32,000 nt of DNA from Propionibacterium ruminifibrarum (GTDB lineage Bacteria > Actinomycetota > Actinomycetes > Propionibacteriales > Propionibacteriaceae): contig NZ_OMOH01000006.1 in NCBI RefSeq assembly GCF_900289195.1, positions 116,308-148,307 of the forward strand, given 5' to 3'. Below are positions 15,740-29,090 of this stretch, in pieces. Every line of letters begins with the position of its first letter. Positions within the stretch are counted from its first letter, which is position 1. Below the pieces are notes generated by a model that saw only the letters and a list, made by a program, of their open reading frames with translations, ran no database searches and was not told the origin of the DNA. Position numbers and translations under genes: made by a program.

Positions 15740-17305
15740 TCACTTACCCCCGTTCGAGACGCTCGGCTCCGGGTCACTGGCCGAGACATGAACCATTGCC
15801 TGCTGCGCGGTCGGGGCCACCATGTCGAGCGCGGGCCCCGGCACCAGGCCGAAGAACAGCATGAGAACGATGAGAGGGGCGATGACGGCCCTCTCACGGC
15901 CGCTGAGGTCATGCGTCATGTGGGTCTGGCTCGCCTCGCTCACCGGACCGGTGAAGACCCGCTGGTAGGCCAGCATGATGTAGACCGCGGCGAGGACGGT
16001 GGCGATGACGGCCACCGCGACGAAGACCAGGTGCCGGCTCCAGGCGCCCGACATGATGAGGTACTCGCCGGCGAAGTTCGCCAGGCCGGGCAGGCCGAGA
16101 GTGGCCAGGCCCGAGACCAGGAAGACGCCCGCGAGCACCGGCACGAGTTTCTGGGCCCCGCCGAAGTCGGCGACCAGGGCCGAGCCGCGGCGGTCGGCGA
16201 GGAAGCCGACGACCAGGAACATGGCGGCTGCACTGAAGCCGTGACCGAGCATGTAGAAGATCGAGCCGGTCAGCGAGGTGGTGGTGAACGCGAAGATGCC
16301 CAGCACCATGAAGCCGAAGTGGCTCACAGAGGTGAAGGCCACCAGGCGCAGCAGGTTCTTCGCGCCGATCGCCATGATCGCACCGTAGAAGATCGAGATG
16401 ACCGCCAGCGTCAGCACGAAGGGGGTCGCCCAGCTGCTGGCCTGCGGGAAGAAGGCCAGGCAGAACCGGATCATGCCGAAGGTGCCGATCTTGTCGAGGG
16501 TGGCCACCAGCAGGGAGGAGGCGCCCGGGCGGGCCTGCTCGGCGGTGTCGGGCAACCAGGTGTGCACGGGGACCATCGGGGCCTTGATCGCGAAGGCGAT
16601 GAAGAAGGCGACGAACAGCCAGCGTTCGGTGCCCGTGGCCATCGGCAGCCCGGTCAGGTCGGCGGTGAGCAGGCTCGGTGCCCCGTCGGAGGCCGAGAGC
16701 ACGTACATGCCGATGACGCCGAGCAGGAGAACCAGGCCGCCGAGCAGGCTGTACAGCAGGAACTTCAGCGCCGCACCGGTGCGGCCCGTGCCGCCCCACC
16801 CGGCGATGAGGAAGTACATCGGGATGAGGGTGGCCTCGAAGAAGATGTAGAACAGCAGCAGGTCGGAGGCCATGAAGACGTAGAGGGTGAAGCCCTCCAG
16901 CAGCAGGGCCAGGGCCATGAAGGTCTCGGTGCTCCACCGCGGCGGCAGCACGCCGTCCTTCTCGACCGGCCGGCCCTTCCCGTCGGCCGGCCCCCGTGCC
17001 GCGTGCGCGTCGCCGACGTGCCATTCGGCGAGCAGGACGATGGGCACGAGAATGACCGTCAGTGCGACGAGCAGCTTGGTCATGCCGTCGGCGTCCAGCG
17101 CGTACCAGGCGCCGATCGCGCCGATCCAGCTGTGCTGCTCGGCCAGGTCCGCGGGGTCCATGGGCACGATGGCGAGACCGCAGACGAGTTCGGCCAGGGC
17201 GAAGAGCATCGCGGCGGTCCTGCCGCCACGGCCGCGCAGAGCGAGGACGATGATCGAACCCGCGATCGGCAGCAGCCCCACCAGGGTGAGCCAGGGGAAT
17301 GTCAT
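15740..17305 (-). CDS. nuoM: NADH-quinone oxidoreductase subunit M
   Basis: Antiporter-like subunit (FFIAFAIKAPMVPVHTWLPD). Operon position fits, and there is a GGAGG SD. Confidence 0.93.
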   Translation of the reverse strand: MTFPWLTLVGLLPIAGSIIVLALRGRGGRTAAMLFALAELVCGLAIVPMDPADLAEQHSWIGAIGAWYALDADGMTKLLVALTVILVPIVLLAEWHVGDAHAARGPADGKGRPVEKDGVLPPRWSTETFMALALLLEGFTLYVFMASDLLLFYIFFEATLIPMYFLIAGWGGTGRTGAALKFLLYSLLGGLVLLLGVIGMYVLSASDGAPSLLTADLTGLPMATGTERWLFVAFFIAFAIKAPMVPVHTWLPDTAEQARPGASSLLVATLDKIGTFGMIRFCLAFFPQASSWATPFVLTLAVISIFYGAIMAIGAKNLLRLVAFTSVSHFGFMVLGIFAFTTTSLTGSIFYMLGHGFSAAAMFLVVGFLADRRGSALVADFGGAQKLVPVLAGVFLVSGLATLGLPGLANFAGEYLIMSGAWSRHLVFVAVAVIATVLAAVYIMLAYQRVFTGPVSEASQTHMTHDLSGRERAVIAPLIVLMLFFGLVPGPALDMVAPTAQQAMVHVSASDPEPSVSNGGK

Positions 17306-17318
17306 TTCTCTTCCTCCC

Positions 17319-19226
17319 TCAGGCCAGCCGGCCCAGGATCATCACGGCACCGACGATGACCGCACCACAGGTCATCAGGGCGCCATAGGTACGGACATAT
17401 CCGTTCTGCAGCAGCCGCAGCAGGCCGGACGCGCCCTTGGCGAGGGTGACGCCGCCGTTGACGGCGCCATCCACGACGTAGCGGTCGGTCAGCTCGAGGC
17501 CGTCGCACAGTCGCTGGCCCGGTCGCATGAACACGGCCTCGTTGAACGCGTTGGCGTAGAGCTCGTTGCGGCCGGCGTTGACGAAGAAGTTGCGGCTGAC
17601 CGGGGTCTCCTGGGCGATCGGGCGACGGTAGATCAGGACGCCGAGCACGATGCCGCAGGCCACGGCGAGCAGGGTGATCCAGGCGATGGCGCTCGTCTCG
17701 AAGATGTGAACGGGCTCCACCTCGGCGCCGATGGCGTCGGACAACCAGCCCTGGATCCACCCGTTGAGCACCAGGCCGCCGATGATCGAGCCGATGGCCA
17801 GGATGACGAGCGGGATGACCATGACCGGGCCGGGGCGGTGCGGGTGCACGCCGGGCAGGTGGCGGGAGGGGCCGAAGAAGGTCATCATCATCAGCCGCGT
17901 CATGTAGAAGGCGGTGATGGCCGCGCCGACGATGGCCAGCCAGCCGAAGACCGGGCCCCTGCCGAAGGCCGCGTTGATGATGTGGTCCTTGGAGTAGTAG
18001 CCGGCGAAGAAGGGGCAGCCGATGATGGCCAGGTAGCCCATGGCGAAGGTGCCGAAGACCCAGGGCATGCCCTTGGCCAGCGCGCCGAAGTGGCGCATGT
18101 CGGTGTCGTCGCCCATGCCGTGCATGACGGCGCCGGCGCCGAGGAACATGTTCGCCTTGAACATGCCGTGGGTGAGCAGGTGGAAGATCGCGAAGGCGAC
18201 ACCGGCCGGCCCCAGGCCCGCCGCCAGCATCATGTAGCCGATCTGGCTCATCGTCGAACCGGCCAGCACCTTCTTGATGTCGTCCTTGGCGCAGCCGATC
18301 CAGGCGCCGGCGAAGATGGAGCACAGGCCGACGACGGCGACGGCGAGCGCCGCCTCGTCACTCAGCGTGAAGATCGCCTGGGAGCGGACGACCAGGTAGA
18401 CGCCGGCGGTGACCATCGTCGCCGCGTGGATGAGGGCCGACACCGGGGTGGGGCCCTCCATGGCGTCGAGCAGCCAGACCTGCAGCGGCACCTGGGCGGA
18501 CTTGCCGCACGCGGCCAGCAGCAGGAGCAGCCCGAGGGCGGTCGCCCAGCCGTGGGACATGTCCGGTGCGGCCGCGTTGACGTCGGCGAACGAGACGGAG
18601 CCGAACAGGGCGAACATCGCGAAGCTGGCGCACAGCAGGCCGAGGTCGCCGACCTTGTTGGTGAGGAAGGCCTTCTTGGCCGCCAGGGCCGCCGAGGTGC
18701 GCTCCTGCCAGAAGCCGATGAGCAGGTAGGAGGCCAGGCCGACGCCCTCCCAGCCGATGAACAGCATGATGTAGTTGTCGGCGAGCACCAGCGTGAGCAT
18801 GGCGCCCAGGAAGATGTTGAGGAAGGCGAAGAAGCGACGCCTCTTCGGGTCCTCGACCATGTAGCCGATCGAGTAGATGAAGATCAGCGAGCCGACACCG
18901 GTGACGAGCAGCGCGAACAGGATCGACAGCGGGTCGACGAGCAGCGAGATCTCGATGGTGCGGTCGGCGGTCTCGGCCCAGGTGTAGACCGGCACCGAGA
19001 CGGCACGCTCTGCCGGCGGGGCGCCGAGCAGTTCGACGAACTCGACCAGGGCGATGACGAAGGCCGCGACGGGCGCGGCGGCGCCGAGCAGATGCCCCCA
19101 CGCGTCGCCGGCCCGCCCGACGACGAGCAGGATGCCCGCGACGGCGAGGGGGATCGCGATGAGCAGCCAGGCGATGCTCAGTGAGCCCGTGGCGGCCACC
19201 GGAGTGAGTGTTTCGAGAAGAGTCAC
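17319..19226 (-). CDS. nuoL: NADH-quinone oxidoreductase subunit L
   Basis: 635 aa antiporter-like subunit (GWEGVGLASYLLIGFW, SALIHAATMVTAGVY). GTG start at 19226. Confidence 0.95.
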   Translation of the reverse strand: MTLLETLTPVAATGSLSIAWLLIAIPLAVAGILLVVGRAGDAWGHLLGAAAPVAAFVIALVEFVELLGAPPAERAVSVPVYTWAETADRTIEISLLVDPLSILFALLVTGVGSLIFIYSIGYMVEDPKRRRFFAFLNIFLGAMLTLVLADNYIMLFIGWEGVGLASYLLIGFWQERTSAALAAKKAFLTNKVGDLGLLCASFAMFALFGSVSFADVNAAAPDMSHGWATALGLLLLLAACGKSAQVPLQVWLLDAMEGPTPVSALIHAATMVTAGVYLVVRSQAIFTLSDEAALAVAVVGLCSIFAGAWIGCAKDDIKKVLAGSTMSQIGYMMLAAGLGPAGVAFAIFHLLTHGMFKANMFLGAGAVMHGMGDDTDMRHFGALAKGMPWVFGTFAMGYLAIIGCPFFAGYYSKDHIINAAFGRGPVFGWLAIVGAAITAFYMTRLMMMTFFGPSRHLPGVHPHRPGPVMVIPLVILAIGSIIGGLVLNGWIQGWLSDAIGAEVEPVHIFETSAIAWITLLAVACGIVLGVLIYRRPIAQETPVSRNFFVNAGRNELYANAFNEAVFMRPGQRLCDGLELTDRYVVDGAVNGGVTLAKGASGLLRLLQNGYVRTYGALMTCGAVIVGAVMILGRLA

Positions 19227-19236
19227 CGCAGCCCCC

Positions 19237-19536
19237 TCAGTGCTTCAGCAGGTTCTCGTCGTCGACCGAGGCCGACTGGCGGGTACGGAAGATGGTGATG
19301 ATGATGGCCAGGCCGACGACCACCTCGGCGGCGGCGACGACCATCACGAAGAAGGCGGCGATCTGCCCGTCCAGGCCGCCGTGCACATGGGAGAAGGTCA
19401 CCATCGCCAGGTTCGCGGCGTTGAGCATGAGCTCCACCGACATGAAGGCGATCAGTGCGTTGCGGCGGACCATGAAGCCGAACAGTCCGATGCACAGCAG
19501 GATGGCCGACAGGATGATGTAGGCATTCGGGTTCAT
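19237..19536 (-). CDS. nuoK: NADH-quinone oxidoreductase subunit K
   Basis: 99 aa, 3-TM protein ([11 protein letters not shown]...[11 protein letters not shown]). ATGA overlap with nuoJ. Confidence 0.95.
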   Translation of the reverse strand: MNPNAYIILSAILLCIGLFGFMVRRNALIAFMSVELMLNAANLAMVTFSHVHGGLDGQIAAFFVMVVAAAEVVVGLAIIITIFRTRQSASVDDENLLKH

Positions 19537-20453
19537 CGCTCGTCCTCCTCGTTCTCCCCCGCCTCGGCGGGCCCGGACGCGGCCTCGGAGTCGGCCGCTG
19601 CGGCGATCGCCGCGGCCGGGCCGGGGTCTCGGAGCTCGTTCTCACCCGGCAGCAGACCGTGCTGCTCGTCCTTGACCGCCCGGATCGTCTCGTCGGCGAC
19701 GATGTTCGGGGCGACCAGGCGGCCCCGGTCGACGACCACGACGCCGCGCGCCGCGAGCGTCGGGACGACCGAGCCCTCGGCGACCGAGCCGTCGGGCAGC
19801 AGGGCCGGGTGGTCGGCCGAGTTGTGGCGGGCGTAGACACCGGGGTTGGGCAGGGGCGCCGGGTCGACGCCCTGCTCCGCGTACTCGCGGGTACGCCGGG
19901 CGGCACGTGCCTTCTGGCGCTCCTTCTTGCGGAGCCGCTCGCCATGGGACAGCACCATCGCGGCCAGAGCGGCGGTGATGAGCAGCGCCGCGGTCGCCTC
20001 GAAGGCGAAGACGTAGCGGCCGAAGACGAGGTAGGCCAGCGAGCGGACGTTGCCCGCCTGACCGACTGCCTCGTCCAGGCCCGCCGGCTCCGTGATGATG
20101 CCGTGGCCGACGGCGAGGACGAGCAGCACCAGCAGGGCCGCCGCACCGATGGTCGCCGCGATGCGCTGGCCCTTGATCGTCTCGACCATCGCGTCGACGG
20201 AGTCGACGCCGATGATCATCATCGTGAAGACGAAGAGCATCATCACCGCGCCGGTGTACACGATGATCTGGGCGACGAACAGGAAGGGGGCGTCGAGGCT
20301 GGCGTACAGGCAGGCCAGGCAGACCATGACGGCCGCCAGGCACAGCGCCGAGTGCACCGGCTTGCGGCTGAGGACCAGGCCCAGCGCGGCCGCCACCGCC
20401 AGGACGGCGAACACCCAGAAGGCAACGGCCTGGGCCGTGAGCAGTGGGATCAT
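19533..20453 (-). CDS. nuoJ: NADH-quinone oxidoreductase subunit J (with a ~135 aa C-terminal extension)
   Basis: The core (aa 1-170) is NuoJ-like ([18 protein letters not shown]). ATGA overlap with nuoI. The tail ends in the acidic sequence ENEEDER. Confidence 0.9.
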   Translation of the reverse strand: MIPLLTAQAVAFWVFAVLAVAAALGLVLSRKPVHSALCLAAVMVCLACLYASLDAPFLFVAQIIVYTGAVMMLFVFTMMIIGVDSVDAMVETIKGQRIAATIGAAALLVLLVLAVGHGIITEPAGLDEAVGQAGNVRSLAYLVFGRYVFAFEATAALLITAALAAMVLSHGERLRKKERQKARAARRTREYAEQGVDPAPLPNPGVYARHNSADHPALLPDGSVAEGSVVPTLAARGVVVVDRGRLVAPNIVADETIRAVKDEQHGLLPGENELRDPGPAAAIAAAADSEAASGPAEAGENEEDER

Positions 20454-21052
20454 CGTGCGACTCCCGTCTCGTGCGGAACGCCGGCCTGGCCGGCCGGGCG
20501 GCTGGAGGCGCGCACACCGACGGCGTCGGCAGCGCCTCGCTCGTCGAGTTGCCCGGTGGGCGGCAGGCCGCGGAAGTAGTCCTTCTCGTCCTCACCCAGT
20601 CGCCGGGCGTGCGGTGGGGCCTCCATGCCGGGCAGCAGCGGCGCCAGCAGGCGCTGCTTGTCGTAGATGAGGCTCTCGCGGGTGCGGTCGGCCAGCTTGA
20701 ACTCGTTGGTCATCGTCAGGGCGCGCGTGGGGCAGGCCTCGATGCACATGCCGCACAGGATGCAGCGCAGGTAGTTGATCTGGTACACCTTGCCGAAGCG
20801 CTCGCCGGGGCTGAAGCGCTGCTCGTCGGTGTTCTCCCCCGCCTCGACGTAGATGGCATCGGCGGGGCAGGCCCAGGCGCACAGCTCGCAGCCGACGCAC
20901 TTCTCGAGCCCGTCGGGCCAGCGGTTCAGCTGGTGGCGTCCGTGGAAGCGCGGGGCGACGACGCGCTCGGCGCCCTTCTGCGGGTACTTCTGCGTGAACG
21001 ACTTGCGGAACATCGTTCGGAAGGTGATTCCGAAACCGGACCAGGCTCCCAT
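20450..21052 (-). CDS. nuoI: NADH-quinone oxidoreductase subunit I (2x[4Fe-4S] ferredoxin-type)
   Basis: Track ORF 20450..21289 is over-extended. The ATG at 21052 has AGGAG 7 nt upstream. Motifs: [12 protein letters not shown] and [12 protein letters not shown]. Confidence 0.95.
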   Translation of the reverse strand: MGAWSGFGITFRTMFRKSFTQKYPQKGAERVVAPRFHGRHQLNRWPDGLEKCVGCELCAWACPADAIYVEAGENTDEQRFSPGERFGKVYQINYLRCILCGMCIEACPTRALTMTNEFKLADRTRESLIYDKQRLLAPLLPGMEAPPHARRLGEDEKDYFRGLPPTGQLDERGAADAVGVRASSRPAGQAGVPHETGVAR

Positions 21053-21053
21053 G

Positions 21054-22406
21054 TCAGTGCTCCTCTCCGGCCGGGGCGGGCCGATCGTCCTCGGCCGATC
21101 GTGCCGGCGCCTCGGGCGGCCCGGACTCGGCGACGATCCCGGCGAACAGCCGGGCCTGGCGCCCCGGCATCGGTGGCACCGGGTAGCCACCGGCGAAGGC
21201 GTCGAACTCCTCCTCGGCCTCCTCGTCCGGTTCGGCCTCGGCCCTGGACGGCCAGAGGCTCCAGGCCAGCAGGATGATGATGGCCACACCGATGACGATC
21301 GCGATGAGCGGTGAGGCGAACCAGTCGTTGACCACGCCGCCGCGCAGGACGGAGAAGATCAGGATCCACACCAGCGAGATCGGGATGAGCCACTTCCAGC
21401 CGAGGTTCATGAACTGGTCGTAGCGGAACCGCGGCAGTGCCGCACGGACCCAGACGAAGAAGAAGACGACGAGCTGGGCCTTGAGGAAGAACCACAGCAG
21501 CCCCCACCAGCCGTGGTTGACGGCGTCGATCATGGAGAACGGCCACGGCGCGCCGTAACCGCCGAGGAAGAGCGTGGTGCACACGGCGGAGACGGTGGCG
21601 ACGTTGATGTACTCGGCCAGGAAGAACATGGCGTAGCGGAAACCCGAGTAGTCGGTGATGTGACCGGAGACGATCTCGGACTCGCACTCGGACAGGTCGA
21701 AGGGCAGCCGGTTCGTCTCGCCGAAGATCGACACGATGTAGATGCAGAAGCTCGGCAGCAGGGGCAGCCAGTAGTGGGTCGGGAAGAAGGTCTGCAGCCC
21801 GAAGAGATTCATGTTCTGCATCTGGGCCTCGACGATCTGGCTGGTGCTCATCGAGCCGGCGAACATGAAGACCGTCACCAGCGACAGGCCCATGCACACC
21901 TCGTAGCTGATGAGCTGCGCCGTGGCGCGCATCGAGCCGAGGAACGAGTAGGTGCCGTTCGAGGCCCAGCCGGCCAGGACGACGCCGTAGATGCCGACCG
22001 AGGCGATGGCCAGGACGAGCAGGACCGAGACCGGCAGGTCGGAGACCTGCAGGCGGGTCGTGTGACCGAACATGCGCACCTCGCCGCCGAGCGGAATGAC
22101 CGCCCACGAACTGAAGGCGGCGATCGCGATGAGCATCGGCGCCAGCGAGAAGACGATCCTGTCGGTGCGGGCCGGGCGGAAGTCCTCCTTGAGGAGGAGC
22201 TTGACACCATCGCCCATGGCCTGCGGCAGGCCGAGGGGGCCGTTCATGATCGGGCCCTTGCGGTTCTGCATGCGTCCGAGCACGCGCCGCTCGAACCACA
22301 CGTTGAAGATGGTCCACAGCAGCAGGACGACGAAGACGCCGACGACCTTGATGAGAACCAGCCACCAGGGGTCGGGGCCGAAGATGGCGCTTTCGAGCGG
22401 GTTCAC
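21054..22406 (-). CDS. nuoH: NADH-quinone oxidoreductase subunit H
   Basis: [27 protein letters not shown]. The GTG start overlaps the nuoG stop (GTGA). It has an acidic, Pro-rich C-terminal tail. Confidence 0.95.
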   Translation of the reverse strand: MNPLESAIFGPDPWWLVLIKVVGVFVVLLLWTIFNVWFERRVLGRMQNRKGPIMNGPLGLPQAMGDGVKLLLKEDFRPARTDRIVFSLAPMLIAIAAFSSWAVIPLGGEVRMFGHTTRLQVSDLPVSVLLVLAIASVGIYGVVLAGWASNGTYSFLGSMRATAQLISYEVCMGLSLVTVFMFAGSMSTSQIVEAQMQNMNLFGLQTFFPTHYWLPLLPSFCIYIVSIFGETNRLPFDLSECESEIVSGHITDYSGFRYAMFFLAEYINVATVSAVCTTLFLGGYGAPWPFSMIDAVNHGWWGLLWFFLKAQLVVFFFVWVRAALPRFRYDQFMNLGWKWLIPISLVWILIFSVLRGGVVNDWFASPLIAIVIGVAIIILLAWSLWPSRAEAEPDEEAEEEFDAFAGGYPVPPMPGRQARLFAGIVAESGPPEAPARSAEDDRPAPAGEEH

Positions 22407-24837
22407 GCTGCACCTCCCTGATCGACGGTCTGCGCGGGCGGGGCGATGCGCGCCGCCTCGACCTGGACACGGTCGGCGGGGCCGGCGCCGAGCAGGACGC
22501 TCAGCGGCTCCACCGAGTTGAGTGGCGCCCAGACGACGCCGGGCATCATGTCGGGTTCAATGCGGGCCGGCAGCTGCATCGAACCGTCCGGTCCGCTGAG
22601 GCTCACCGGGGCGCCCGCGGCGATGCCGAGGGCCTCGGCGTCGGCCGGGGACAGGGCGACGGACAGCGGCTGGGTGGCGGCGCGGGCGAAGTCGGCGCCG
22701 TCGAGAGCGGCCGAGTTGTCCATGAGCAGCCGCCAGCTCGCCAGGAGCATGCCCCGGCCGTCGCCGTCGGGACCGGCCTCGGGGGCCTGGGGCTCGAACC
22801 CGGCTCGTGCCCCCGCCCAGTCCGGCAGACCCGCGAGGTCGGCGCCGGCCTGGGCCGGGCTGCGCATGCCGAGATCGGCGCCCAGGGCGTCGGCCAGGGC
22901 GGCGAGGACACGGACATCGGTCATCGGCGCCTGGTTCGCGGCGTTGATGAGCGCGACCGGGCGGGTGCGGTGCTCCCAGTTGATGAACGTGCCGGCCTGC
23001 TCCTCGAGGAGGGCCACCGGCAGGACGACGTCCGCGCGCTCGGTGACATCACTCGGGCGCTGCTCCAGGCTCAGGACGAAGCCGACACCATCGAGGGCGT
23101 CCTCGAAGGCCCGCGGATCGTCGAGGTCTGCTTCCTGGATTCCGCCGGTGACCAGGGCCTTCAGTTCACCGGAGGTCGCCGCCTCGATGATGCGCCCGAT
23201 GTCCCGGCCGGTGGCGTCGGGCAGGGACCGGACGCCCCAGGCCGCGGCCATCTCGGCCCGGGCCGCCGGGTCGGTGCCGGGACGGCCGCCGGGCAGCAGA
23301 CCCGGCAGGGCGCCGGCCTCGAGGGCGGCGAGCTCACCGGCGCGGCGCGGGATCCAGGCGAAGCGGGCGCCATGGGTGGTGGCCTGGGCAACGACCGCGC
23401 TCAGCGCGCCGGGACTGGTCGCCGCGCGCTCGCCGACGAGGATGATCGTGTCCTCGTCGAGTCCGCCGTCGGCGCCCAGCTGGGTGAGCCGGGCCGCCTC
23501 CTGTCCGGGGGCGGTGGGCAGCAGGCGGGCACCCATCTTGCGCGAGCCGCGCGTGCTGAACGGGGCCAGGGTGACGACCTCGAGTCCCCGCTTGCGCCAT
23601 GCCTTGCGCAGTCGCAGGAAGACGATCGGAGACTCGTCCTCGGGCTCGAAGGACACCAGGACGACGCGTCGGGCCTTCTCGAGGTCGGCGTAGGTGACCG
23701 ATTCGCCGAGCCCGCGCCCGGCGACATGGGCGGCCAGGAAACCGGCCTCCTCGTCGCTGGATGGTCGCGAGCGGAAGTCGATGTCGTCGGTGCCGAGCAC
23801 GGCGCGGGCGAATCGGGACCATGCGTAGGCGTTCTCGAGCGTCAGGTGTCCGCCGGGCAGCACGCCGACTGCCTGGCCGGCCGCCTTCAGGCCGGTGACC
23901 GCGGCGTCGATCGCCTCGTGCCAGCTGGCCGGCTCGAGACGACCGTCCCGGCGCACGAGGGGGGTCGTCAGTCGGCGCCCGTCCTGAGCGGACCGGTAGC
24001 CGAAGCGGCCCTTGTCGCAGTTCCACTCCTCGTTCACCTCGGGGTCGGCACCGGCCAGCCGGCGGCGCACCGAGTAGTGCCGGTGGTCGACCCTCAGCTC
24101 GCATCCCGCGGCGCAGTTCTCACAGGTCGTCGTCGTGCTCACGAGGTCGAAGGGGCGCGACTGGAAGCGGTAGTCGGCGCTGGTCAGGGCACCGACGGGG
24201 CAGATCTGGACGATGTTGCCCGCGAAGTACGAGGTGTAGGGCTGGTCCTCGTAGATGCTGATCTGGCTCATCGCGCCGCGCTCGGCGAGACTGATGAAGT
24301 CGTCGCCGCTGATCTGGCTGCTGAAGCGGGAGCAGCGCTGGCACAGCACGCACCGGTCGCGGTCGAGCAGCAGTTCGGCGCTGATGTGGATGGGCTTGAC
24401 GTAGGTGCGCTTGGCGCCCTCGTAGCGTGACTCGCCCGGGCCGTGACTCATCGTCTGGTTCTGCAGCGGGCACTCGCCGCCCTTGTCGCAGATCGGGCAG
24501 TCGAGCGGGTGGTTGATCAGGAGGAACTCGATCATGCCCTTCTGGTGCTTGGCCACCTTGTCGTTGGACTCGGCGGTCTCGATCCTCATGCCGGGCATCG
24601 CGGTGAGCGCACAGGCCGGTTGCGGTTTCATCGGGCGCCCGTTGCCGGCGTCGGGGACCTCGACCAGGCAGGCGCGGCAGGCCGCGACGGGGTCGAGCAA
24701 CGGGTGATCGCAGAACCGCGGGATCTCCAGGCCGATCTTCTCGGCGGCCCTGATGACGAGCGTGCCCTTGGGCACCTCGACCTCGGTCCCGTCGATGGTG
24801 AAGGTGACCATGTCCGGCTTCGCGGCGACGTCGGTGC

Positions 24838-24841
<4 letters not shown>
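22403..24841 (-). CDS. nuoG: NADH-quinone oxidoreductase subunit G
   Basis: N-terminal Fe-S motifs CDHPLLDPVAACRACLVEV and HPLDCPICDKGGECPLQ, followed by a molybdopterin-oxidoreductase-like domain. Confidence 0.95.
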
Positions 24842-26189
<1,348 letters not shown>

Positions 26190-26190
<1 letters not shown>

Positions 26191-26927
26191 CACGCCTCCT
26201 GTCCCTCGGGCCCCGGTGCCGGTTCGGCAGGGGCCGTCCAGCCGTGCTCCCGGGCGTACGTCAGACCGCGCAGGCTGGGTTCGCCCGCGCTCGGGCCCTC
26301 GTCGGCCCGGCCGTCGTCGAAGCCGGCGAGGACGCGTTCGGCCTCGCGCCAGCTGGTGATCGTCGCGCCGCGCGTGGAGCGGACCGGCTTGCCCTCGGCC
26401 AAGTCATCGAGCAGTTGTTCGGCCTTGTCGGGGGTCATGTTGTCCATGAACTCCCAGTTGACCATCATGACCGGCGCGAAGTCGCAGGCGGCATTGCACT
26501 CGAGGCGTTCGAGGCTGAACATGCCGTCCGGCGTCGTCTCCCCCTCGCTGATGCCGAGCTTCTTCTCGACATGGTCGAGCAGGATGTCACCGCCGAGCAC
26601 CGCGCACAGGGCGGTGGTGCACACGCCGATGTGCTGCCTGCCGCCGGGACGACGCTTGTACATGGTGTAGAAGGTGGCCACCCCGTTGACCTGGGCGGTG
26701 CTGATGCCCAGGATCTCGGCGCAGGCCCTCACCCCGGCGTCGGAGACCCGCCCGTCGACCGACTGCACCAGGTGCAGCATCGGCAACAGCGCGGAGCGGG
26801 AGTCCGGATAACGCCCCGCCAGCTCGCGCATCTCGGCGAGCGTCGTCTCGTCGATGTTCGTGGGCTCCTCGTCGGCGTCGATGCGCACGGCATCGTCGAA
26901 GTGGGACATGAACTCGTGATCACTCAT
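26190..26927 (-). CDS. nuoE: NADH-quinone oxidoreductase subunit E ([2Fe-2S])
   Basis: Cys ligands in VCTTALCAV and ECNAACDFAP, with thioredoxin-like fold motifs. The start is either 26927 or the internal Met 6 codons downstream. Confidence 0.92.
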
Positions 26928-26982
26928 GCCACGTCACTGCCTCTCGTCATCGAGTCGGGTGTCCTACTGGTCAGCGGCCGGG

Positions 26983-28341
26983 TCATCGGTCGACACCGCC
27001 CATCACGGGGTCGAGCGAGGCGATGCCCATGATCGCGTCCGAGAGCATGCCGCCCTCGGACATGATCGGGACCGACTGCACGTGGTTGAAACCGGGGTCG
27101 CGCAGGTGGGCGCGGTACGGGCGGGTGCCCCCGTCGGAGACCAGGTGGAAGCCCAGTTCGCCGGCCGGCGCCTCGATCGGCACATAGGCCTGACCGGCCG
27201 GTACGTGGAAGCCCTGCGAGACGATCTTGAAGTGGTGGATGAGACCCTCCATGGACTCGCCCATGATGTGCTTCACGTGCTCGTTGGAGTTGCCCTGGCC
27301 GTCCGAGGCCACGGTCAGATCCGATGGCCAGCGCAGCTCATCGTCCTCGATCCGGTAGGCCTCGCCCTTGGACGCGGCGAGCTCGTCACGCACCTGCTCG
27401 AGGATGCGGATCGACTGGTCCATCTCGTTCAGCCGGATCACCCAGCGCCCGTAGGCATCCATGCTGGTGGCGGTGCAGACCTCGAACTCGTAGTTCTCGT
27501 ACCCGCAGTACGGCTGGGTCTTGCGCAGATCCCAGGGGTATCCGGTGGCACGCAGCACCGGGCCGGAGGCGTTGAGCATCATGCACTGGCTCAGGTCCAT
27601 GTGGGCCACGTTCTGCAGGCGGTTCTTGAAGATCGGGTTCTGGAGGGTGAACTGGCCGATCTCCGGCAGGTTCTTCCTCAGCTGGCGCAGCAGTTCGTCG
27701 AGCAGGTCCAGGCCGTCGTCGGGCAGGTCGTTCTGCACCCCGCCGGGGCGGATGTAGGCGTTGTTCATGCGCAGACCGGTGATGGCCTCGGTGAAGTCCA
27801 GGACGCGTTCACGTTCACGCAGGCAGACCTCCTGCACGCTGGTGGCCCCGAGTTCGAGGCCGCCGGCACCCACACCGGTCAGGTGGGAGGCGATGCGGTT
27901 GATCTCCATCATGAGGACGCGCAGCTGGCTGGCGCGGCGCGGCATGTCGTCGGTGATGCCCAGCAGCCTCTCGACGGCCAGCGAGTAGGCGCCCTCGTTG
28001 AAGATGCCGGCGACGTAGTTGCACCTGGTGGCGAAGGCCGAGCCCTGCGTCCAGGAGCGGTACTCCATGTTCTTCTCGATGCCGGTGTGCAGGAAGCCGA
28101 TGCTCGGGCGCACGGACAGGACCGTCTCGCCGTCCAGTTCCATCACCAGACGCATGACGCCGTGCGTGCTGGGGTGCTGGGGGCCCACATTGACGACGAT
28201 CGTCTCGTCGTTGCTCTCACGCTGGGCATCGACGATCTGGTCCCAGTCGGCGCCGTTGGACAGGTAGGCCGCGTCGACGTGCTCGTCGCCGGACTCGGCG
28301 AAGAGATCGTCGGTGGCGCTTCGGTTCTCGGTCTGGCTCAT
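26983..28341 (-). CDS. nuoD: NADH-quinone oxidoreductase subunit D
   Basis: [16 protein letters not shown] and the C-terminal [13 protein letters not shown] overlap with nuoC. Confidence 0.95.
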   Translation of the reverse strand: MSQTENRSATDDLFAESGDEHVDAAYLSNGADWDQIVDAQRESNDETIVVNVGPQHPSTHGVMRLVMELDGETVLSVRPSIGFLHTGIEKNMEYRSWTQGSAFATRCNYVAGIFNEGAYSLAVERLLGITDDMPRRASQLRVLMMEINRIASHLTGVGAGGLELGATSVQEVCLRERERVLDFTEAITGLRMNNAYIRPGGVQNDLPDDGLDLLDELLRQLRKNLPEIGQFTLQNPIFKNRLQNVAHMDLSQCMMLNASGPVLRATGYPWDLRKTQPYCGYENYEFEVCTATSMDAYGRWVIRLNEMDQSIRILEQVRDELAASKGEAYRIEDDELRWPSDLTVASDGQGNSNEHVKHIMGESMEGLIHHFKIVSQGFHVPAGQAYVPIEAPAGELGFHLVSDGGTRPYRAHLRDPGFNHVQSVPIMSEGGMLSDAIMGIASLDPVMGGVDR

Positions 28342-29090
28342 TGGTTGTAACTCCTGCGCTCACTCGGGGGCGCCACGACGGCCCCCTTGAACTCGACCGG
28401 GATGCCGCCCAGCGGGTAGTCCTTGCGCTGGGGGTGGCCCACCCAGTCGTCGGGCATGAGGATCCTGGTCAGCCCCGGGTGTCCGTCGAAGACGACGCCG
28501 AACATGTCCCAGGTCTCGCGTTCGTGGTAGTTGGCGTGCGGGTAGACCGGCACGACCGAGGGAACGTGCGGGTCGGAGTCGGGCAGTTCGACCTCGAGGC
28601 GGATGCGGCGGTTGTAGGTGTAGGACAGCAGGTGGTAGACCACGTGCAGTTCGCGTCCGGTCTGCTCGGGGTAGTGAACGCCCGAGACAGACGGGCACAC
28701 CTCGAAGCGCAGGTCCTCGTCGTCGCGCAGTGCCCGGCACAGCTCGACGAGCTTGTCCGGCAGGACGAAGAAGGTGATCTCGCCGCGGTGCACCATGACA
28801 TGGGTCGCGAATCCGGGAACGAGCTCGGCCATGCGGTCGGCGATCTGGTCGAACCAGCCGCCGAAGGGCGGGGTCGTGATACCGGCCAGGGCGGTGGTGC
28901 GCTCCAGGCCGTTGAACCCCGAGGTGTCACCGGATCCTTGGCCCGAACCCCACATGCCGGTCCGGCGGGCGACGATCTGGTCGTCGACCTCCGGGTCGGC
29001 GCCCGGCGCGAACAACTGCGCCAGGTACGGGAACTCGAGGGATTCCTCGCTGCGTTCGGGGCGCACCGGGGTGGCGTCGTTCTCACTCAT
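28338..29090 (-). CDS. nuoC: NADH-quinone oxidoreductase subunit C
   Basis: Track ORF 28338..29582 is over-extended. The ATG at 29090 overlaps the nuoB TGA. Motif: [18 protein letters not shown]. Confidence 0.93.
   Translation of the reverse strand: MSENDATPVRPERSEESLEFPYLAQLFAPGADPEVDDQIVARRTGMWGSGQGSGDTSGFNGLERTTALAGITTPPFGGWFDQIADRMAELVPGFATHVMVHRGEITFFVLPDKLVELCRALRDDEDLRFEVCPSVSGVHYPEQTGRELHVVYHLLSYTYNRRIRLEVELPDSDPHVPSVVPVYPHANYHERETWDMFGVVFDGHPGLTRILMPDDWVGHPQRKDYPLGGIPVEFKGAVVAPPSERRSYNQ

Noticed and set aside
13139-19184. Three very long plus-strand ORFs (13139..15388, 15401..17359, 16887..19184) rich in D/E/R/G/H
   Set aside because: They are antisense to the polyprenyl synthase and to nuoN, nuoM and nuoL, all of which have clear family signatures and operon context. 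Their composition is what reverse-complemented hydrophobic GC-rich codons would produce.
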